Positions 57,641-64,000 of a stretch of DNA of 64,000 bases are shown here, in pieces. Made by a program: the position numbers and the translations under genes. The DNA is from a virus (taxonomy: Duplodnaviria > Caudoviricetes), in the IMG/VR virus record IMGVR_UViG_3300037590_000079, positions 1-64,000 of that record; one strand, 5' to 3'. The notes beneath the pieces are model-generated. The model had not been told where the DNA came from. It saw only the letters and a program-made list of their open reading frames with translations, and made no database searches. Each line of letters opens with the position of its first letter. Within the stretch, counting starts at the first letter, position 1.

Positions 57641-59577
57641 AATTCCCCAAGCTCAAGATTGAAAATTTCCTGGCTATCACAGAGGCTGAAATAAGTCTTG
57701 CAGATAGGGGTTTGTGCCTTATCCAGGGCCGCAACGAGGCGGATAGCTCCGCAAAGTCGAACGGCGCCGGCAAGTCCTCGATCGCCGACGCACTGTGCTG
57801 GTGCTGGTTCGGCACGACGGCACGCGGCGAAAGCGGTGACGATGTGATCAACGCGGGCGTCGGCAAGGGGTGTCGCGTGACGTCCACGCTCGTCGATGGT
57901 GGGATCACCTACACCGCGACCCGGCATCGCAAGCACCCCAAGGGCAAGAACCGGCTCTGGCTGGAAATGGATGATGGGCTCAAGACGACCGATCTAACCA
58001 AGGGCACCGACAAGCTGACGCAGGAGGTGGCCAACAGGATCATCGGCGCGTCCCTCGACGTGTTCACGGGCTCGATCTACGCAGGCCAGGAGAAGATGCC
58101 CGACCTGCCGGCCATGACCGACAAGACGCTCAAGATGCTGATCGAGGAGGCGGCCGGCGTCACGCTGCTGGAGGAAGCCTACAGGAAGGCGCGCGACAAC
58201 CTCGCCGGCGCGCAGGCCGCGGTTGATCATGCCACGCGCGAGGCGGACGAAATCGGCCGCAAGATCGTGGATATCGACACGCAGATCACCGACGCGGCCC
58301 AGAGCGAGACGGACTGGGAAAGTGATCGCACCCGGCGCGTCGAGGAGAAGCAGAAGGAGGCGCGCGATCTGCTGGCGATCGTCAAGCGGATCGACGCCGA
58401 CATGAAGGGCTACGACCGGGCCGGTATCGAGGCCGAGATCGCGCGGATCGATGCCCGGATCGGATCGGTCTCGCAGGAAAGCGCCGAGTTGGCCCGGCTG
58501 AATCGCGAGGTGAACAGTATCGAGGTCGATCTCGAATACCACAATCGCAACTACCAGGGCGCGAAACGCAATCTGGACAATATCGAACGGCAGCTGAAAG
58601 ACGTGGAGGGCAAGATCGGCCAGCCCTGTCCCAAATGCGGCCGGCCGATCACCGAGCAGGAGATGGCCGCGACGAGAAATGCCCTTGAGAAGGACGCCGC
58701 CGAGGTCAGGGACGAGGCGAAGGCGCTCAAGGATCAGATCGAGTCCGTGGAGAGCGCGCGTCAGAAGGCCGCTCAGGCGCGTGACGCGTTTGAAGGGGGT
58801 ATGACCGATATCAGCGCCGAACAGCACTCACGCAAGCGCCAGGAGGCTCTGCTGGCCGATCTCAACGATCTGGAGAGTGACCGGAGGCTGCGCGTGACGC
58901 AGGCGAGGGCGCTCAAGCAATCTATCGAGGATATCAAGAGCGAGGCCAACCCCTATTCGGGCCGGGCGGAAAAACTGCGCGCCGAGAAGAAGCGCCAGGA
59001 GGCGCTGGCTGCCGATGCTGCGAAGATCGTGGCCGCGCGCCGCGAGAAATTCGAGATCGAGGAGCAGGTCGTGCGCGTGTTCAGCCCGGCCGGCGTCCGG
59101 GCGCGCGTTCTCGACGAGGTCACGCCGTTTCTCAACACGCAGACCGCGCGCTACCTCTCGGTGCTGTCCGACGGCAATCTCAGCGCCAACTGGACGACGC
59201 TCACGCCGGGCTCGAAACCCGGTGAGTTCAAGGAGAAGTTCTCCATCGAGGTGGCGAACGCGACGGGCGGCGGGAAATTCAAGCTGATCTCCGGCGGCGA
59301 GAAGCGCAAGGTCCGGATCGCGACGTCGATGGCCTTGCAGGATCTGGTGGCGACGCGCGCCTCGAAACCGATCGACCTGTTCATCGGTGACGAGATCGAC
59401 GATGCGCTCGACAGTTCCGGGCTTGAGCGGCTGATGATCATCCTGGAGGAGAAGGCGCGCGAGCGTGGCTCGGTTTTCGTGATCTCCCACAATGAGTTGT
59501 CGGATCACATCAGGCAGGTGCTTACGATCAAGAAAACCGCATCCGGCGAGACCGAGATCAGCGAGGTGGCGGTATGA
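57637..59577 (+). CDS. sbcC: SbcC/Rad50-like SMC ATPase
   Basis: NGAGKSS, CPKCG zinc hook, ISGGE, IGDEIDDALD, ISH. Confidence 0.9.
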   Translation: MKFPKLKIENFLAITEAEISLADRGLCLIQGRNEADSSAKSNGAGKSSIADALCWCWFGTTARGESGDDVINAGVGKGCRVTSTLVDGGITYTATRHRKHPKGKNRLWLEMDDGLKTTDLTKGTDKLTQEVANRIIGASLDVFTGSIYAGQEKMPDLPAMTDKTLKMLIEEAAGVTLLEEAYRKARDNLAGAQAAVDHATREADEIGRKIVDIDTQITDAAQSETDWESDRTRRVEEKQKEARDLLAIVKRIDADMKGYDRAGIEAEIARIDARIGSVSQESAELARLNREVNSIEVDLEYHNRNYQGAKRNLDNIERQLKDVEGKIGQPCPKCGRPITEQEMAATRNALEKDAAEVRDEAKALKDQIESVESARQKAAQARDAFEGGMTDISAEQHSRKRQEALLADLNDLESDRRLRVTQARALKQSIEDIKSEANPYSGRAEKLRAEKKRQEALAADAAKIVAARREKFEIEEQVVRVFSPAGVRARVLDEVTPFLNTQTARYLSVLSDGNLSANWTTLTPGSKPGEFKEKFSIEVANATGGGKFKLISGGEKRKVRIATSMALQDLVATRASKPIDLFIGDEIDDALDSSGLERLMIILEEKARERGSVFVISHNELSDHIRQVLTIKKTASGETEISEVAV

Positions 59578-59789
59578 AGAAAACAGGACGCTATCGCTAT
59601 CGCGTGATGACCATCGGCTTTCTGTGCTTCCGGCGCCGGGTTGTCGTGTTGCAGGAGGAGATCGAGCGGCGCGAGATGCTCGCGCCCTATACGTTCGAAA
59701 AGGTTCGCCGGTGGGTGGATGCCGATCCGGAAAGCCTCATCGTCGCGCCTTTCCCTAATGACACCCTCTCTGAATCTGCTATAAGTTAA
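59574..59789 (+). CDS. hypothetical protein
   Basis: ATGA-coupled to sbcC. Confidence 0.45.
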   Translation: MKKTGRYRYRVMTIGFLCFRRRVVVLQEEIERREMLAPYTFEKVRRWVDADPESLIVAPFPNDTLSESAIS

Positions 59790-59811
59790 GTCAGCACTGA
59801 CGGAGGCACGC

Positions 59812-60276
59812 ATGGCAAAAAGCAAGACCAGGAGCAAGATGTCAGATCGCGAGATCGAGGTGATCGAGACCACTGCTATCGAGGTGGTCGAGACCCTGAG
59901 CGGTCACGAATTCGAGGTCGAAAGCGATATTGTGACGAGCGTCAAATACGCCGACGGGTCGTTCAGGAAAAAGACGCTGCCGACGGGGCTCAGCTTCTTC
60001 CTCGAATACGCTTATCTGGGCGCGCGCGGAAAGACGATTTTCGGGTTCGGCCCCGAGGACTCGCAGGAATACGATTACGCCGAGTTCTCCGAGGACGAGG
60101 TTGACAAGACCTTTCCGCTCGCAGGCGCCGTGCTGGCCAAGGCTCACAATCTCGAAACGGAGAATTTCGGGCAGGCGTTCGCCAAGATGCAGACCCAGGT
60201 CGCCGAGATCGTCGAATCCGAGGAAATCGAGGATGAGGAGATCTACAAGAACAACCCCATGTGCGGAGCATTTTGA
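59812..60276 (+). CDS. hypothetical protein with C-terminal YKNNPMCGAF tag
   Basis: GGAGG RBS; upstream TCTGCTATAA and operator at 59787-59804. Confidence 0.7.
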   Translation: MAKSKTRSKMSDREIEVIETTAIEVVETLSGHEFEVESDIVTSVKYADGSFRKKTLPTGLSFFLEYAYLGARGKTIFGFGPEDSQEYDYAEFSEDEVDKTFPLAGAVLAKAHNLETENFGQAFAKMQTQVAEIVESEEIEDEEIYKNNPMCGAF

Positions 60277-60851
60277 TGGGAAAGATCAGGATTGCCGGTA
60301 TCGACGGCTCCAAGACTAATTTCGGAATTTCGCTCTTGTCGCTCGATACCGATACGATGGCGCTGTCCGTCGAGGACTTGATTCTCGTCAAGACCGAAAA
60401 GACCAAGGTTAAGCAGGTGCGCGCGTCGTCCGACAATCTGCGCCGCGCCCGCGAGATCTATCTCGTGACGCGCGAGGCTTTGAAGGGATGCGCCGCCGTG
60501 TTCGTGGAGGTTCCGAGCGGCGGGCAGTCGTATGACGCGGTGCTCGGCTTCGGCATCGTGATCGGTCTTTACGCCTCGTTGGAGCTGGAGCCGATCGAGG
60601 TCTCTCCGGCCGAGACCAAGAAGGCCGCCCTCGGCACGAGCACGGCGAGCAAGAGCGAGATGATCGAGTGGGCGGTCGAGAAGTTCCCCGAGGCGCCGTG
60701 GCGTATGCGCAAGCTCCACGGTGAAATGGTCCCCAAGAAGGACAACGAGCACCTGGCCGATGGCGTTGCTATTGCCCATGCCGGCATCATGCTTCCCTCG
60801 TTCCGGCAGACACTGTCGATCCTGGCCGCGAATTCCGCTGTCAGCGCCTGA
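60276..60851 (+). CDS. ruvC: RuvC-like Holliday junction resolvase
   Basis: AGIDGSKTNFG, VFVE, P..TKKA, ASKSEM, EHLADGVAI. Confidence 0.8.
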   Translation: MGKIRIAGIDGSKTNFGISLLSLDTDTMALSVEDLILVKTEKTKVKQVRASSDNLRRAREIYLVTREALKGCAAVFVEVPSGGQSYDAVLGFGIVIGLYASLELEPIEVSPAETKKAALGTSTASKSEMIEWAVEKFPEAPWRMRKLHGEMVPKKDNEHLADGVAIAHAGIMLPSFRQTLSILAANSAVSA

Positions 60852-60897
60852 TGTCAAGCCTTTTAATTCAGTCCTGACTGAATTACTGTGAGGGATC

Positions 60898-60913
60898 ACA
60901 CCAAATCTAGTAG
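60898..60913. promoter_or_regulatory. NrdR-box-like site
   Basis: ACACCAAATCTAGTAG just upstream of the nrdJ start. Confidence 0.55.
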
Positions 60914-60922
60914 GGATGACCC

Positions 60923-63394
60923 ATGACTGACACATTCTTTTGCCGGGAATACTTTCCCGGAATGGGAGATGCTGTAGCCGATCGCACGATCAATCGGCGT
61001 ATCTTTACCGAGGAGCAGAAGGCCGCCCTGCCCGAGCCGCTGGTTCTCAATCCGGAAGATCCGCTCTTCAAGGAATGGAAGAACGCAGCCGATCTGTCCG
61101 AACATGCCGTTCGGCTCGACAATGAAGCGCCTTTCGTCACGAAAGAGCCCGAACTGCGCATCGAGAAATGGCGCGACGTCGCAGAGCGTGTCGCGCATGG
61201 GAACGCAAGCCTGCACCAGAGCGGCATGAAGGACGAGGGAAATCTGCGCGATCACCTGATGCGCGGCACCGTGCTTCTCTCCGGTCGTCACCTTCAGCAC
61301 GGCGACGCGAACCAGAAGAACAGGCCGATGGAGGTTCTGACCAACTGTGCCACATCGGCCTCGACCTTCATCCTGTTCTATCTGCTGCTCAACGGCTCCG
61401 GCGTCGGTCGCGCCTATGACGACAGCATGATGAAGGTGGACTGGACCAGGCTGCCGCATGTGAAGGTGGTGATCGACGGCAACTACCCGGATCGCGGCAT
61501 CATGGAGCCGCACTGGAACGGGGTCGAGATGGGTGAGCGGCCGAAGGTGCCGCATGTCATGACGCCGCAGGACGCGCGTGCGGGGTATTCCGAGGACATG
61601 GATCGCGTCACCTGGTTCGAGGTGCCCGACAGTCGCGGTGGCTGGGCACAGGCCCTGGAGATCATGGAGAACATGGCCTACGAGGGCCGCACCGACGAGG
61701 TGCTGGTGCTCGATTTCTCGAAGGTGCGGCCCTATGGCAGCCCGATCCGCGGCATGCAGAACCGCCCCTCTTCCGGCCCCGGCCCGCTGATGTATGCGAT
61801 CATGGAGATCGCCAAGCTGCGCGGCCGCGATATGGCGCCCTGGAAAGCGGCCATGTTCGCCGATCACTACGCCGCCGAGTGCGTGCTTGTCGGCGGTGCG
61901 CGCCGCGCCGCGCGCATGGCCACGAAGAACTGGCGCGATCCTGATATCCTGGAATTCATTCGGCTCAAGTGGACTCACGACCTGTGGAGCTCGAACAATT
62001 CCGTCACCATCGACGACGAGTTCCGTGAGCGCTGCAACAAGGTGCGCGACCTGATCAAGTATCGCACCACGCCGGTCTCGCGTGACGATCCGGACGCGCT
62101 GATCACCATCGCGAAGATGATGCGGCTCTCCAACGAGATCGATCATATCGACCTGCATGCCTGGACCGTGTTGATCAACATCGCCGACAGCGCCTTCCAG
62201 GGGCCGCATGGCGAGCCCGGCCGCGGCGAGCCCGGTATCATCAACCAGGATCGGCTCAAGGTGGATGACAGCGGCATCGAGGCGTATATCGACGGGCTCT
62301 ACGCGCGCTCGCTGGACTTCCAGGTCAGCGAGCGCTCCATGCCGATGATGCGCGACATGGCCCGCGAAATGCTCTCCGTGCGCTATACCATGATCACCAA
62401 CCCCTGCGGCGAGATCGCCCTGCTCATGCTCGGGGGATACTGTGTGATCGCCGACAACGTGCCCTTTCATGCGCGTGACGACGATGATGCCGAAAGCGCG
62501 TTCCGCGCCTCTGTGCGCGCCCTGATGCGCGTGAACACGATGGACTCGCTCTACAATCGCGAGGTCGCGCGCACCAATCGCATCGGCGTCGGGATCACCG
62601 GCTTTCACGAATGGGCCTATGATCGCTTCGGCTTCACCTGGCACGATCTGATCGACGAGGAGAAGTCGAAGAAGCTGTGGCTCACGCTGTCGCGTTTCAG
62701 GCGGGCGATCAGCGACGAGGCGCGCAAGTATGCCGAGGTGCTCGGCGTGACGGTGCCGCACACCGATACGACCTTCAAGCCGGCCGGCACCACGTCGAAG
62801 CTGTTCGGCCTGTCGGAAGGGGCACACCTGCCCTCGATGCGCTGGCTGCTTCGCTGGGTCCAGTTCCGCAACGACGATCCGCTGGTGCAGGAATACATCG
62901 CCAAGGGCTACCCGTCGAAGCAGCTCAAGTCCTATTCCGGCACCACGGTGATCGGCTTCCCGACCGCGCCGGCAATCACCCGGCTCGGCGGCGGGGAATG
63001 GGTCGTGACCGCGGCCGAGGCCACGCCTGCGGAGCAGTATGAGTTCCTGCGCCTGCTGGAGAAATACTGGATTCGCGGTGTTGACGAGAACGGTGAGCCG
63101 CTCGCAGAGGACCGCGGCAACCAGATCTCCTACACGCTGAAATACGATCCCGCAAAGGTCACTTTCGGCGATTACCTGGAGACGCTTATGAGCGGCCAGT
63201 TCTCGATCCGCTGCTGCTCGATCATGCCGCAGACCGACACGACCGGCTACGAGTATCAGCCCGAGGAGCCGATCAGCCAGGCAGAGTATGCCAGCCTGAT
63301 GGCGAATATCGACGATGGCATGAAAGAGGATATCGGCTTCGAGCATGTCGATTGCGCGTCCGGGGCGTGCCCGGTCGATTTTGCAGCCGAGTGA
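60923..63394 (+). CDS. nrdJ: class II (B12-dependent) ribonucleotide reductase
   Basis: TNC, GGARRAA, EPG, TNPCGEI, KPAGT, C-terminal CASGAC; no beta subunit adjacent. Confidence 0.85.
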   Translation: MTDTFFCREYFPGMGDAVADRTINRRIFTEEQKAALPEPLVLNPEDPLFKEWKNAADLSEHAVRLDNEAPFVTKEPELRIEKWRDVAERVAHGNASLHQSGMKDEGNLRDHLMRGTVLLSGRHLQHGDANQKNRPMEVLTNCATSASTFILFYLLLNGSGVGRAYDDSMMKVDWTRLPHVKVVIDGNYPDRGIMEPHWNGVEMGERPKVPHVMTPQDARAGYSEDMDRVTWFEVPDSRGGWAQALEIMENMAYEGRTDEVLVLDFSKVRPYGSPIRGMQNRPSSGPGPLMYAIMEIAKLRGRDMAPWKAAMFADHYAAECVLVGGARRAARMATKNWRDPDILEFIRLKWTHDLWSSNNSVTIDDEFRERCNKVRDLIKYRTTPVSRDDPDALITIAKMMRLSNEIDHIDLHAWTVLINIADSAFQGPHGEPGRGEPGIINQDRLKVDDSGIEAYIDGLYARSLDFQVSERSMPMMRDMAREMLSVRYTMITNPCGEIALLMLGGYCVIADNVPFHARDDDDAESAFRASVRALMRVNTMDSLYNREVARTNRIGVGITGFHEWAYDRFGFTWHDLIDEEKSKKLWLTLSRFRRAISDEARKYAEVLGVTVPHTDTTFKPAGTTSKLFGLSEGAHLPSMRWLLRWVQFRNDDPLVQEYIAKGYPSKQLKSYSGTTVIGFPTAPAITRLGGGEWVVTAAEATPAEQYEFLRLLEKYWIRGVDENGEPLAEDRGNQISYTLKYDPAKVTFGDYLETLMSGQFSIRCCSIMPQTDTTGYEYQPEEPISQAEYASLMANIDDGMKEDIGFEHVDCASGACPVDFAAE

Positions 63395-63402
63395 TCATCG
63401 AG

Positions 63403-63432
63403 AGGGCGGCTTGCGGGCCGCCCTTTTCTTTC
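63403..63432 (+). terminator. Rho-independent terminator
   Basis: AGGGCGGC-TTGCGG-GCCGCCCT followed by a T-tract. Confidence 0.7.
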
Positions 63433-63446
63433 TGCACGGAGAGGTC

Positions 63447-63692
63447 ATGTCACCCGTCATCCATGTTATTTCGAAGCGGAACTGCTCCTATTGCGCACTG
63501 GCAAAGGGCGTTCTGCGAAAGCACGGACTTCGCTTCGAGGAGAAGATCCTCGAAACCAACACCGATATCATCTCGTTTCTGGAATCCGGCCTCAAGACCG
63601 TGCCGCAGATCTACGTGAACGGCAGCAATATCGGTGGATACGAGGATCTTCTGCACTGGATCGAACAGCGCGAAACCGAGGCTGCGCGTTGA
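63447..63692 (+). CDS. glutaredoxin
   Basis: CSYC, TVPQI, IGGYEDL. Confidence 0.9.
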   Translation: MSPVIHVISKRNCSYCALAKGVLRKHGLRFEEKILETNTDIISFLESGLKTVPQIYVNGSNIGGYEDLLHWIEQRETEAAR

Positions 63693-63757
63693 CTTTCTGC
63701 GATCAGTCAGGCATTACTTATCCGAATTTCGGACTTCACACATGAGGAGATCTTCCA

Positions 63758-64000
63758 ATGGACCTGAGTAACAATCACTACATTCCCGAGGGTGCCGTGA
63801 CCGCGCCGCTCGGGGCGCTGCGCGAGGGTCGGCTGGGTGCTCCGCGCACCATCACCGGCGGCGGGCAGAAGCACATCGTGGATATCCAGTTCACCGGCCG
63901 CCCGGTCGTCGGCGACACGCTGACCATCAACGGCGTCACCTGGACCTTCATCGCGAATGGCGGCTCGCCGGCGGGCAACGAGATCGCGCTCGGCACGACC
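63758..64000 (+). CDS. partial ORF (3' truncated), probable virion decoration protein
   Basis: GAGGAG RBS; MDLSNNHY...FTGRPVVGDTLTINGVTWTF...NEIALG resembles the domain inserted in the tail tube protein; operator at 63703-63720. Confidence 0.6.
   Translation, partial: MDLSNNHYIPEGAVTAPLGALREGRLGAPRTITGGGQKHIVDIQFTGRPVVGDTLTINGVTWTFIANGGSPAGNEIALGTT

Larger units (their letters stand above)
1..64000. mobile_element. Phage-plasmid (SSU5/pHCM2-like siphovirus backbone with RepC replicon), partial
   Basis: Complete virion/lysis module, own replisome and recombination genes, plasmid RepC, ctRNA, dif-like site and ParB-like genes; no integrase or host chromosomal genes in the window. Confidence 0.85.

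Noticed and set aside
3391-60275. Upstream-extended starts in the ORF track (3391, 3762, 18469, 20672, 31978, 38720, 43854, 53850, 56022, 60261 and others)
   Set aside because: They overlap upstream genes or regulatory elements; downstream starts with an RBS or ATGA coupling were chosen instead
4029-63346. Long minus-strand ORFs (e.g. 5454-7232, 13635-16454, 20663-24817, 39572-41950, 60896-63346)
   Set aside because: Antisense shadows of GC3-rich plus-strand genes; no recognisable motifs

Overview
The window is about 64 kb of a GC-rich, temperate, siphovirus-type phage-plasmid, probably from an alphaproteobacterium (it carries a repABC-family RepC initiator). Gene content and order resemble the SSU5/pHCM2-like phage-plasmids. 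All supported genes are on the + strand except repC. Order: ParB-like/ABC-ATPase/GNAT cassette (1-3.4 kb); packaging, head, lambda-like tail and lysis genes (3.5-28.5 kb); PhoH, helicase, primase, WGR protein, DNA ligase and RtcB (28.9-37.5 kb); a plasmid module with solitary repC, an antisense ctRNA, a XerCD dif-like site and an XRE repressor (37.5-39.4 kb); a CobT/CobS-like VWA-MoxR pair, a sigma-like protein, a DnaE-UDG fusion, SSB, 5'-3' exonuclease, RecA, SbcD/SbcC, RNase H, RuvC, class II RNR and glutaredoxin (39.7-63.7 kb). No integrase, tRNA, rRNA or CRISPR array was seen. Notable signals read directly from the sequence: (1) two short C-terminal peptide tags shared by otherwise unrelated proteins (AAxxGD[M/Y]SAA[L/I]NK in three, YxNNPxxGAF in two); (2) two copies of a long inverted repeat with an AT-rich core that bracket the virion/lysis module; (3) about 20 copies of an 18-bp palindromic operator, TAAGTMA-N4-TKACTTA; (4) a dif site beside repC; (5) repeated GAGAGACT-loop hairpins before the scaffold gene and an anti-SD element before the capsid gene. 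All product calls come from motif recognition and synteny; no database searches were run.
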